The notes beneath the pieces are model-generated. The model was not told the origin of the DNA, searched no databases, and saw only the letters and a list, made by a program, of their open reading frames with translations. A stretch of DNA of 64,000 bases from Octopus vulgaris (lineage: Eukaryota), in NCBI GenBank assembly GCA_951406725.2, contig OX597819.1:23498001-23562000 (forward strand). Reading direction: 5' to 3'. Positions within the stretch are counted from its first letter, which is position 1. Every line of letters begins with the position of its first letter. Shown here piece after piece: positions 51,870-63,489 of the stretch. The translations under genes and the position numbers were made by a program.

Positions 51870-52190
51870 GTGGGAGGGGTCTAGTCAATTACACTGACCC
51901 CAGTGTTTCCCCGAAAGGATGAAAGGCAAAGTCGACCTCGGCGGAATTTGAACTTAGAACGTAAAGATAGACGAAATACCTATTTCTTTATTACCCACAA
52001 GGGGCTAAACACAGAGGGGACAAACAAGGACAGACATAGGTATTAAGTCGATTACATCTACCCCAGTGCGTAACTGGTACTTAATTTATCGACCCCGAAA
52101 GGATGAAAGGCAAAGTCGACCTCGGCGGAATTTGAACTCACAACGTAACGCAGACGAAATACCGCTAAGCATCTACCAGTTCTCCCCTTT
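51870..52190 (-). mobile_element. Family D SINE inserted in a family D-related SINE
   Basis: AGACGAAATACC flanks 51981-52151; the uninterrupted version is at 49500-49640. Confidence 0.75.
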
Positions 52191-52196
52191 TTATTG

Positions 52197-52259
<63 letters not shown>

Positions 52260-53154
52260 CCTTTCTACATATCGGTACAAGGCCTGGAATTTGGGGGAGG
52301 GGACCAATTGATTACATTGCAACGAAACATTTCATTACAATTAACACTGACTAAAATTGTAGATATTGAATAAAATCGGGGTAAACTATTACTATTACTG
52401 ATGAAAATATATATCAGCGGTGGTGCCCCAGCATGGCCGCAGCCTTCGGGCTAAAACATTTTTAAGGATTTAAGGATTTATAAAATGAGCGGAAGTCGAA
52501 CCAGTGAGTGTGTTAGATTATAAGGCATTAAGACGATATGATTCTTCCTAAACACAACACAAATTACTAATGAAATTTTACCTAGAGAACGAATGATTTC
52601 TGCGGGTCTAAAGCACATCAAAGACCCTAAGGAACACAAATTTTACCGTTAAAGGAAAATGGGTGACACTTCTTTAACTCATTAATAAAATGATTTTCCC
52701 ACGTGGGTTCGTTAAATTTTTACTAATACACCTATTTCACTACGAAGGTGAAATTTCGCTAAAAAGAACGAGTGATTTCTGACAGTTTTATTTGTGAGGT
52801 TCGTTCAAAACACCTCAAAAAGCAAAGGAAAAACAAATTTCACCTTCAAAAGTGAGATGAATGCAATAGTAAAAATTTATCAAGACTGAACGGTGAGAGA
52901 AGTGGATTTAACATTCTGAACATCTTGGGTAGAAATGGGGAAGGGTCACACCAAGAGAGCGGAAATAAATGTACCGAGAAGTTGTATAAAATCTGAGGAA
53001 CATATAGGATGTGAAAGATGAGATGATGATGGCGGATTTTACAAGTTTAATAAGATTAATCATTAAAATATATTATTTAACATCTTCCATTAGAATTGCA
53101 CCTCTCTGAAAACTCATATCTTATTTATTTTTTTATCCTCGCACTCTACCTAAC

Positions 53155-53583
53155 TTGAAATTATTCGGCGATCTTTCGTCAGTAGACCTTTCCGTCGATT
53201 TCTGTAAAAAAATTTATTTTTTTACATATGGGCTTGCGGGAACTGTTGAAGTAATATACATACATATACACATAGACCGAGTAAAAAATTTCAGTTATCT
53301 CTTTCTTTCACACATTACTCTGTCTCTTCACACACACTAACAGAAGCACTTCACTTACACAACATACTGTCTGTCTACCACACCCCATCAAACACACACA
53401 CACACACATGTCCATCAATGCTCCCATGCACGGTAACTTCCCTCGTCATACAATCGCTTTCTCTTAGTCTCTTTCGCTCTCATTACTTCATAAGTTCCCG
53501 CAAGCCCATATGTAAAAAAAAAAATTCTTTTACGGAAATCGACGGAAAGGTCTACTAGAGACGAAAGATTGCCAATTATTCAA
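53155..53583. mobile_element. MITE with ~90-bp imperfect TIRs
   Basis: 53155-53244 is the reverse complement of ~53492-53583. Confidence 0.85.
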
Positions 53584-53993
53584 ATAAAACATAAGCCACC
53601 CAAATTAGGACAGCAAATACTGCAGGTTCTTCTGTTCATCTGAACAAGCATAATTGTTTTTCATTACTATTCCACTAATTGCTATAGTCACCATCCATCC
53701 GTCCGTCCATTCCCTCTACCCACTATTCCTTGGAGTGTGGAATAAAGTCCTCAAGCACTCCTGCGTAAAGTCTTATCAGAAGCAATTAACCATTACACTT
53801 TCCGACTGTATTTCCAAGCATGACCCACGAAGGCTGTATGTATTATCCAGCCATCTTGTTCTTGGTCTAACCCTCTAATAATATGAGTTTCAAATTCTAA
53901 CATAAGGTCAGAGCCCCTCTTATAATATAAAAAGGAAAACTGGAGCTGTTTTCAAATCTTACATTGAAAGCTTATATCCTCAATATTTTTAAA

Positions 53994-54314
53994 GACTCCG
54001 CCGGTTACGACGACGAGGGTCCCAGCTGATACGATCAACGGAACAGCTTGCTCGTGAAATTAACGTGCAAATGGCTGAGCATTCCACAGACACGTGTACC
54101 CTTAACGTAGTTCTCGGGGATAATCAGCGTGACACAGAGAGTGACAAGGCTGACCCTTTGAAATACAAGTACAACTCATTTTTGCCAGCTGAGTGGACTG
54201 GAGCAACGTGAAATAAAGTGTCTTGCTCAAGGACACAACGCGTCGCCGGGAATCGAACTCACAACCTTACGATCATGAGCCGAATGCCCTAACCACTAAG
54301 CCACGCGCCCTCAC
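53994..54314 (-). mobile_element. Mosaic SINE: family C head/core plus family B tail
   Basis: Switch near 54172; TSD TATCCTCAATAT on both sides. Confidence 0.9.
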
Positions 54315-54522
54315 TATCCTCAATATATGCAGATTTAGATTACATTACGTAAGCTTTCGTCTAAGATGTTCTCCTTGTAAGATATCATCAATATAACAAT
54401 GTGTGTCAAAATGTGACGAACGTAAAGAATACGTACACCCGGTGTTTAGGGTTAGAGTTAGGGTTTTTGTTACGCCAAAAACCGGTGGTGTACGCATTCT
54501 GGCTAACCTTCGTTTTGTGTCA

Positions 54523-55199
54523 CTTATCAGCTGTTAAGGTGCAGCGTTCGGTAAATTCCGTAAGGGATTTTTATTAGTTTTTGAACTGGAAATGTACATT
54601 TCGTTTGATGTCAGCACAAAGTGAAAGAGAGAGAAAATGATAGGGATGTGTGTATATGTTGATGGTGGGGTGCGAGATAGAAAGTGTGTGTGTGAGAGAG
54701 AGAGAGAGAGAGGTGTTGATGTGTGTGTGTGTGTGAGGGAGAGAGAGAGGTATGTGTGTGTAAGGGAGAGTGAGAGTGACTACATTTTTTAAAATTTATT
54801 TTTCCTCATCTTTTTTTAGTAATTAACTGAGAGAGAGAAAGAGAAAGAGTGATAGCGTAACGCCCCTTTCTCTCTCTCTCTCTCTCTCTCAGTCAAACAC
54901 CACTAAAAAAAGATGCGAGAAAAAATAAGTAAATAAAATTTACGCTATCTCTCTCGCTCCGTCTCACATACTTTCCCCCCCTCTCTCTCTCTCTCTCTTT
55001 CCGACAACACACACCTCCCTCTCTCAGTCAATCACTCACGCACTCGCTCAAAAAAGATGCGATGAAAACTAAATTTTAAAAAATGTACACTGTCACTCTC
55101 TCTCTCTCTCCCTCACACACACATCAACACACCTCTCTCTCACACACACACACTTTCTATCTCGCACCCCACCATCAACATATACACACATCCCTGTCA

Positions 55200-55238
<39 letters not shown>

Positions 55239-55342
55239 ACTTTGTGCTGACATCAAACGAAATGTACATTTCCAGTTAAAAAAAAAACAAATAAAAATTC
55301 CTTACGGAATTTACCGAACTCTGTACCTTAACAGCTGATAAG
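54523..55342. mobile_element. ~820-bp foldback element
   Basis: Ends CTTATCAGCTGTTAAGGT / ACCTTAACAGCTGATAAG; inverted homology extends several hundred bp, with nested inner inverted blocks. Confidence 0.85.
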
Positions 55343-55572
55343 ACCATTCATTGACAACTCTGTGACTCAAAACAATCGATCGCCCCACCCCACCCGTATT
55401 CTTTACCTCCGTCACATAATCAGTATATACGAAGTTTACACAGTTGAAGAACGTGATCTAATGCCTGTGTTACCCAACACCTATGTCGAATCGTGATGAA
55501 TTCTGGATAAGCTCCGCTTCAACAAAGCGTTAATTATACGACCCCTTTGCAGTGTATAGTAATGTACTTTGG

Positions 55573-55957
55573 GTGGAGGCGCAATGGCCCAGTGGTTAGG
55601 GCAGCGGACTCGCGGTCGGAGGATCGCGGTTTCGATTCCCAGACCGGGCATTGTAAGCGTTTATTGAGCGAAAACACCTAAAGCTCCACGAGGCTCCGGC
55701 AGGGGATGGTGGTGAACCCTGCTGTACTCTTTCACCACAACTTTCTCTCGCTCTTTCTTCCTGTTTCTCTTGTACCTGTATTTCAAAGGGCCAGCCTTGT
55801 CACAATCTGTGTCACGCTGAATCTCCTCGAGAACTACGTTAAGGGTACACGTGTCTGTGGAGTGCTCAGCCACTTGCACGTTAATATCACGAGCAAGCTG
55901 TTCCGTTGATCGTATCAGCTGGGACCCTCATCGTCGCAACCGACGGAGTGCTCCTAC
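55573..55957 (+). mobile_element. SINE family B
   Basis: Family match; TSD TAATGTACTTTGG. Confidence 0.93.
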
Positions 55958-56235
55958 TAATGTACTTTGGCTAATCAGGTTTAATTTACTAAAACGATCA
56001 ACAATTCTTTCGTTACAGCGGCTGTAGTCGTTCAGAGAGTTGAAGGCAAATCCATTTAACGTAAAACAATATCTCAGAGACGGTGCGTGTGAGTCGAATG
56101 CCTTGTCTTAGTTATTTATCTTCTTGACTGCGATTGGGACGAAAAAAATTTAAGAGAGAAAGAAATTTACCTGTGAGAGTGGGGAGCAAAAAAAAGGTAG
56201 AAATTTTAATGTAGGGGACAAAAATTCTTTCACAT

Positions 56236-56588
56236 AGGCGTAGGAGTGGCTGAGTGGTAAGTAGCTTGCTTACCAACCACATGGTTCCGGGTTCAGTCCC
56301 ACTGCGTGGCACCTTGGGCAAGTGCATTCTATTATAGCCTCAGGCTGACCAAAGCCTTGTGAGTGGATTTGGTAGACGGAAACTGAAAGAAGCCCGTCGT
56401 ATGTGTGTCTGTGTCTGTCCCCGCAACATCGAGTGTTTACGTCCCCGTAACTTAGCGGTTCGGCAAAAGTGAGAGACCGGTAGAGTAAGCACTAGGCTTA
56501 CGAAGAATAAGTCCTGGGGTCGATTTGCTCGACTAAAGGCGGTGCTCCAGCATGGCCACAGTCAAATGACTGAAACAAGTAAAAGAGA
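56236..56588 (+). mobile_element. SINE family A (short variant)
   Basis: Family match lacking most of the microsatellite. Confidence 0.9.
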
Positions 56589-56759
56589 ACAACCATCTAA
56601 TTCCTTGAGAACTGACAGCTATTCCTGAAAGTTCACTGCTCAGAGTTTGTAGACAGGTGTAATGGTAAAATGAAATTATCCGTTTAACTTAAGAAATTAT
56701 CACAGCAACTGTGTTTTATGAGTGGAAACTTGTCTTGGTTATCAATCTTTATAACTGTG

Positions 56760-57170
56760 ATGGCGTGGCTGTGTGGTAAGTAGCTTGTTTACCAACCACA
56801 TGGTTCCGGGTTCAGTCCCACTGCGTGGCACCTTGGGCAAGTGTCTTCTACTATAGCCTCGGGCAGACCAAAGCCTTGTGAGTGGATTTGGTAGACGGAA
56901 ACTGAAAGAAGCCCGTCGTATATATGTATATATATGTATGCGTGTCTATGTTTGTGTGTCTGTGTTTGTCCCCCCCTAGCATTGCTTGACAACCGATGCT
57001 GGTGTGTTTATGTCCCCGTAACTTAGCGATTCGGCAAAAGTGAGAGACCGATAGAATAAGTACTGGGCTTACAAAAGAATAAGTCCCGGGGTTGAGTTGC
57101 TCGATTAAAGGCGGTGCTCCTCCAGCATGGCCGCAGTCAAATGACTGAAACAAGTAAAAGAGTAAAAAGA
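56760..57170 (+). mobile_element. SINE family A
   Basis: Full-length match to the family. Confidence 0.92.
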
Positions 57171-57661
57171 GGTTTGAGAGACAGAGGGGAAGGGGCAGAC
57201 AGAGAACTTTATTATAGCAAGTTCGTAATATCTCAGAACAGAAGACGAAGAAGAGCTTTTTGATCTGAAGTGTTAGGTATGGTTTAGTAGAAATAATTGA
57301 CAAAAGTAAAGGCGAAAAGAAAAATAATTATAATAGATCAAAATTACAACAAAGTTCACCAAACATATAAATATACCTGCTGTTCCTCAGGTACACTCCC
57401 AACATGTAAAACCCCGGATAAAATAGAAATTTTTCATCGAAATTCCTCCAGCGAAGTTACAAATATTTTGATTATTCAAAATCTACGAGTCGTCATCCGA
57501 GCGTTCCTTAATGAATTGCAATTTCCCGCCAATTAGTGTTCGTTATCGTTCACATTTTCGCGATATGAAATTAACTATAACTTGATTGTTAAATAATAAA
57601 AGGAGAAATTAATATTAATAAATAATATTATTAAATAATATCAATTTTAACTAGTGGTCAG

Positions 57662-58053
57662 GGATCTTTTCTGTTTGAACGGCAGTTTTTAACATAATTT
57701 CTTGGTAACTAAAAAATTTCAAACTTCGTATACTTGGCTTTATTGAGAAAATTCTATGGTTTGTAAGATATTTGTTGTTGTTTTTTTTTCAATTTCTGCA
57801 ATTGCAACCAATCAATGACGTCTATTGAGGTAAAAAAAACAACAACATTCTGTGCCGTATGAATATGTCCCTCGTTTAAGAAACAGATTGGGTTTATTTA
57901 CATTTGTGAAGAAAAAAAAGATACCCTTCCCCCAACCCCTTGTCCTAACCCTAAAACAGATTGAAATGCAATAGATCGATGCTAGGGTCATAATTATGGG
58001 TGACAATTTCATGACACCGCTAGAAAAAACTGCTGTTCAAACCGAAACGATCC
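57662..58053. mobile_element. TIR MITE with GGATC...GATCC ends
   Basis: ~28-bp imperfect TIRs; second copy at 1385-1690; flanked by a 41-bp direct duplication. Confidence 0.88.
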
Positions 58054-58134
58054 AATAATATTATTAAATAATATCAATTTCAACTAGTGGTCAGCATATT
58101 TAAAAATGTCCAAGGACTGTGAATTCTATTTAAA

Positions 58135-58338
58135 CATAAACAATATGAGAGACCACTAAGTGGATCCCTTATGTGCTAAAAATAGACGTCAAACCGTCTT
58201 ACCACTAAATCCGTGTCTAGCTCGTAAACATCTAGCGCTTTACTAAGTTGAGAACACAGATTTAGTGGTAAGACGGTTTGACGTCTATTTTTAGCATCCA
58301 AGGGATCCACATAGTGATCTCTCGTATTGATTATATTT
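58135..58338. repeat. Foldback (imperfect palindrome)
   Basis: ~80-bp inverted arms around a short spacer; related to 62367-62632. Confidence 0.8.
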
Positions 58339-58598
58339 GATAGTTAAATTCTGAGGTAAATCCTTAATCTTTTTCAATTGTTTCAGTCAATGGACTGCGG
58401 CCATGCTATGCACCACTTTGAATTATTTAATCGGGAAAATAAGCCACCCTACGTATTTACGTTTTTTTAAAATGTGGAACTTATTCTAACGACCTTTTGT
58501 GCCAGACATAAACACAGACATGCGCGCGCACACACACACATACACACACACACACAAACACACATACATACATACTTACATATGTACACACACACATA

Positions 58599-59237
58599 CG
58601 AGAGAATCTGAAAAGTTGCTGGCTTCGGCAAAAGAAAATACAGGAGGATCAGTCAATTATGATTTTATTCAACACTAGCTGTATCGCCCGGCGTTACTCG
58701 GGTTTGTAAGGGAAATAACTTTATAAGCATTTTTAGAGATGTAAAGTATAATAGCCATCTCAATATGGTTAACCACAAAGGGGGGGGTTACAGTAGTGTT
58801 TTACGTTCTGAGATTTAATAATACATTTTTAGAGAGTTACTTCCCTTATATAAACCGAGCGAAAATGCATTAAAAATGCGGAAAAATTATGGTAATTTTT
58901 TTTTTTAATCGTAGACTCATCGTAAACGCGCGCTAATATCCAGAAGGGCTCGATATGAATCACGACTATAAGATACTCGCTTTTGGTTAAACTGCACCGC
59001 AAAATGTGGAAGTAGTTAGGAATCTAAATCGGTGGAGACAGACAGACACACAACTACATTTTTATATATAAAGATATTCCCTTCTCAGATTCACGCAATT
59101 ATTGACGTAGGCCTTCAGATTTTTTTTTTTTGTTTTTTTTTAAGCCCTGACAAAGAACTCGGAAGATTGGGTTTACAGCCAGGCCTTTTACAACACCCTT
59201 GAAGCCAGGAACTTTTCAGCACCCTTTCCCCCCACGT
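58599..59237. mobile_element. Mariner-type MITE interrupted by a Helitron
   Basis: TA-flanked decayed TIRs; removing 58675-59074 rejoins ATTCAACA|TATTCCC. Confidence 0.65.
58675..59074 (-). mobile_element. Non-autonomous Helitron
   Basis: TC...CTAG ends, hairpin and A/T target; shares both ends with 41808-42321 but differs internally. Confidence 0.85.
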
Positions 59238-59254
59238 ATATGTATATATATGCT

Positions 59255-59586
59255 GAGACCCTTTCGGCCATGACTGGCCGTGGGGTTGCACCTAGAAAGT
59301 TACCCTCCCAGGCACAAGTCCGGGCAAGGTTGTTTATGGAAGACCAGCATTCGCCCATGCATACCAGCCTCCCCTCTTCACGCCACCAGTATTATTATCC
59401 AAGGGAAAGGCAAAGGGGTTGATACAGCTTGGCACCAGTGACATCACAACTCATTTCTACACTGAGTGAACTGGAGCAACGTGAAATAAAGTGTCTTGCT
59501 CAAGAACACAACACGCAGCCCGGTCTGGGATTCGAACTCACAACCTTACGATCATAAGCTCGACGCTCTAACCACTCAGCAATGCG

Positions 59587-59593
<7 letters not shown>
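59255..59593 (-). mobile_element. CORE-like SINE with a third tail type
   Basis: Family C-like head/core at 59450-59593, unrelated 3' part. Confidence 0.82.
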
Positions 59594-59648
<55 letters not shown>

Positions 59649-60014
59649 CAAGATAAGTTAAAAATTGTCTAAAGTCGTAAGACGCTCCTGTCCTTGTACT
59701 GTCCATCTTCGTGTTTTTTATTTCTGTTTTTTATATATATTTTTGTTTCTTGTATTTATATTCGTGTGGCATCCTGTCTTTGTTCCGTATACATTCGACC
59801 CTCTTTCCAAGAAATCCAGTGCCTGTGGCTTGGATTTTCCTCGGGGCTGGCCGGGTCGGAGTGATATCGAGATTAAACAGCCGAAATTACTAAGATGATC
59901 CGGTTCCCGACTGAAGTTTAGAGGCTTCGAGTGACCCGTCTGTTTTTTTTTTGTGTCGTCTCCTTGTGTGTTTTTGCGTTCTTGTCCCACTTTGTAATTT
60001 ATATTTTATATTTA

Positions 60015-60063
<49 letters not shown>

Positions 60064-60068
60064 AGCTT

Positions 60069-60880
60069 AGAGAAGAAGAAGAAACGAAACGAACCGAAAC
60101 GAATCGAATCGACGTGAGGGCGCTCAGTCATACAATAGTGTAATAAATAAAATATATGAATACATACAAACATATATGTACGTACCTACATCTACATGTA
60201 TATATACATGCATATATAAATATATATACGTGTGTACAGGACACCACAAATAGACGTAGAACTCAACGAGAAACGATAACGTAAAAACAGCATGGAACGG
60301 ACCATTTTTTTAACAACGAAAAAACAGAGTACAAGACAACTACACAAGGAAAAATCCCCTTCGTCAGCTGTCCCTAGTTCAACTCCAGCGTGTTTCGAAG
60401 TTGAGGACAGAACACGTCTCGTCGAACTAATCCTTCCTGCGAAAGAATTAAATAAAATTCCTTTGCAGAGGGGTAAAAACAAGGAAAAAAATGTGACAAA
60501 AACAGGACGTAAAAACAATACAATTAAAAACAACTACAAATAAAAATACAATTACAAAAAAATACAGTAAATAAAAATTAAAATTAAAACAACTACAAAA
60601 TAAAAATACAATTACAAAAAATACAGTACAGGAAGGAATAGAAACAGGACAGGAAAACAAATAATGAGGGACTATAAGCCTAGACGAGAAAAAATTTTTT
60701 CACGAGCGCAAGAAGAAACATGTTTACTTGAAGAAGGCCGCCAGCGAAAGGAAGTTCGTCGACCCGGCTGTGAGAGATGAGGAGGAGTGAGAGAGAGAGA
60801 GAGATAGAGAGGAAGGAAGCCAAAGAGGGTGAAAGAAAGAGAGAAGAAGGAGTTATAGAGTTTCGCGTCATAATTATATA
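60069..60880 (-). mobile_element. Probable Penelope-derived fragment between TA runs
   Basis: Flanked by direct repeat TATATAAA(A)ACCAGCTTA; contains split hammerhead-like words at 60361-60400. Confidence 0.4.
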
Positions 60881-60890
60881 TAAAAACCAG

Positions 60891-60941
<51 letters not shown>

Positions 60942-60946
<5 letters not shown>

Positions 60947-61935
60947 AAATAAGAAAATGGAGAAATACATCGAAATCAAATAACAATTACCAGATAATAC
61001 TCAATCACATACTTTATTAAACCACCATATAAGAAGCTATAAGGTTAAACATAATAATGCAGGGTAAAGCAGTGTACATGAAGGAGTGTACATAAAATAG
61101 TAATGTTATACAATAAGTAGAATACGTATAATAGAACATAAATATAAGTACACATAAATATAAATATAGACTATATTTTACAGCTGTTTCGGCCATGTAG
61201 ATAAGCATGTCTCATTCAACTCATATTAGCCATGTGTGGTAGGTCAAAATGTAGTTATAAATTAGTCATTTACAAAAACATCCTAAGGCCTCTTCGGAGA
61301 TTACAAATTAGATTACATATATACTTATAAAGGTGTGGGTATATACCCATAATAAAACTTATACATATATACCTTTATAAGTATATATGTAATCTAATTT
61401 GTAATCTCCGAAGAGGCCTTAGGATGTTTTTGTAAATGTCTCATTTATAACTACATATTGACCTACCACAAATGGCTAATATGAGTTGAATGAGACACGC
61501 TTATCTACATAGCCGAAACAGCTGTAAGATATAGTCTATATTTATATTTATGTGTACTTATATTTATGTTCTATTATACGTATTCTACTTATTGTATAAC
61601 ATTACTATTTTATGTACACTCCTTCATGTACACTGCTTTATTCTGCATTATTATGTTTAACCTTATAGCTTCTTATATGGTGGTTTAATAAAGTATGTGA
61701 TTGAGTATTATCTGGTAACTGATATTTGATTTCGATGTATTTCTCCATTTTCTTATTTTGTATTATGAATTTGTGGTAAAACATTTTACCTTTGCCCATA
61801 TAATACAATAAATGAATTAATTGTATCGCAATTCTTAACATTTATGTATTAACTTTGTTGGGTACCTCACTAGCAGTATATTGGATATATGGTATCCCAT
61901 GGTGGGTTGCATTTACAACCCCTATCTCAATTTGT
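60942..61935. mobile_element. Inverted pair of hammerhead-bearing Penelope-like terminal repeats in (TA)n
   Basis: Arms 60942-61334 and 61371-61763; motif atct-CCGAAGA-ggcc...agcc-GAAA-cagctg-TA-agat at 61404-61530. Confidence 0.75.
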
Positions 61936-61944
61936 ATATATATA

Positions 61945-62019
<75 letters not shown>

Positions 62020-62301
62020 CATATATATACATAAATAAAAGTACTGCATTATCCGTTTCTAGGTTTTTCATTTTTCAGATGTTCTTCGTAGACAATTTTT
62101 TTCATGTTTGTTGCACACACGCATCTTTACTAGTACATACGCAGTGAAGCTATACATTAGCGTCGTATTTATTACGTTCACTATTTTCCAGTAAATATCG
62201 GTGTTTCGTTGTGCCATTTATTTACTTTTATGTATAATTTTACCCTTACGGGCTATCCTTTACTGGAAAGCAATACTCTCGTATTGCATTACTATTTTCA
62301 T

Positions 62302-62366
<65 letters not shown>

Positions 62367-62369
<3 letters not shown>

Positions 62370-62629
62370 CAAAATCCAGAGGGCTGAACACTAAAAGTGG
62401 ACAGCCTATATCCTAAACATAGACGTCAAATCGCCATTTACCACGAAGAATGTGTTCTCAAGAAATCGTTTTTTATTTCTTATATTTTCATGTGTCTTGC
62501 TTATTTTTACACTTTGGTTTTTTTGCAGAGATTTTTCTTGAGAACACATTCTTCGTGGTGAATGGCGATTTGACGTCTATGTTTAGCATATAGGCTGTCC
62601 ACTTTTAGTAGTCAGCCCTCTAAATTTTG

Positions 62630-62632
<3 letters not shown>
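62367..62632. repeat. Foldback with ~98-bp arms in TA/TG microsatellite
   Basis: 62367-62465 is the reverse complement of ~62533-62632. Confidence 0.85.
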
Positions 62633-62702
<70 letters not shown>

Positions 62703-62708
<6 letters not shown>

Positions 62709-62900
62709 AAGTGGAGTTGTAGGGTACCGCACGAGTGGAATTATATACGAAAGATGGTTTGAAAATGCAATTTTAAAAGATGTTTATTTACTTTACCGGT
62801 TTCACCCTTTGGAAAAAGATTGTCAAAAGTAACATGTAAAAGTTTGGTTGCGTTAATTATTGGTTGTTACAAAATGCTGATATAAACGTAATTTAAACCG
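62703..62900 (-). mobile_element. Short Penelope-like terminal repeat with hammerhead variant
   Basis: tactt-TTGACAA-tcttt-ttcc-aaagg-gt-GAAA-ccgg-TA-aagta at 62789-62831; abuts (TA)n. The far boundary is uncertain. Confidence 0.65.
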
Positions 62901-63050
62901 CTTGAAGCATATTTGTAGAAATTTTTTTTTTTTAATATTTATTTTTCTGGAAGTTGTGAGGAAATAAAGTCGGGTGGGCATACTTGTGTAGATACGCCAA
63001 GAATTATACATCTAAGCACCTTTCGGGACTACATCGCTGCATCAAGCCTC

Positions 63051-63122
<72 letters not shown>

Positions 63123-63131
63123 CCTACCTAC

Positions 63132-63200
<69 letters not shown>

Positions 63201-63202
<2 letters not shown>

Positions 63203-63458
63203 GATCGTTTTTTTTCCTCTTCCCCTTTTTTCCTCCCTTTTCTTCTTTTTTCATTTTTCTTTTCTTTTGTTTATTTTCCTTTTCTTCCTTTTTTTCTTTT
63301 TTCCCTTTTACGATCCCTTTTGATCGAAAACCAACGCCACTTTTTTTGTTTCTTTTGTTTTTTGGGTTTTTTGGTTTTTTTCATCTCCCAAAAGAAAAGC
63401 TCTACCTTGTAATTTGTCCCATCTGTGTGCAGCCCTGTGTGGCCAATAAAGAAACTTA
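63201..63458 (+). mobile_element. LINE-like 3' UTR inside a (CTAT)n array
   Basis: Ends TTGTCCCATCTGTGTGCAGCCCTGTGTGGCCAATAAAGAAA; (CTAT)n on both sides. Confidence 0.55.
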
Positions 63459-63489
63459 CCTATCTATCTATCTTTCTCTCGCCCTTACC

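Noticed and set aside
52570-52855. Diverged ~180-190-bp duplication
   Set aside because: Only two short blocks align by eye; too weak to interpret.
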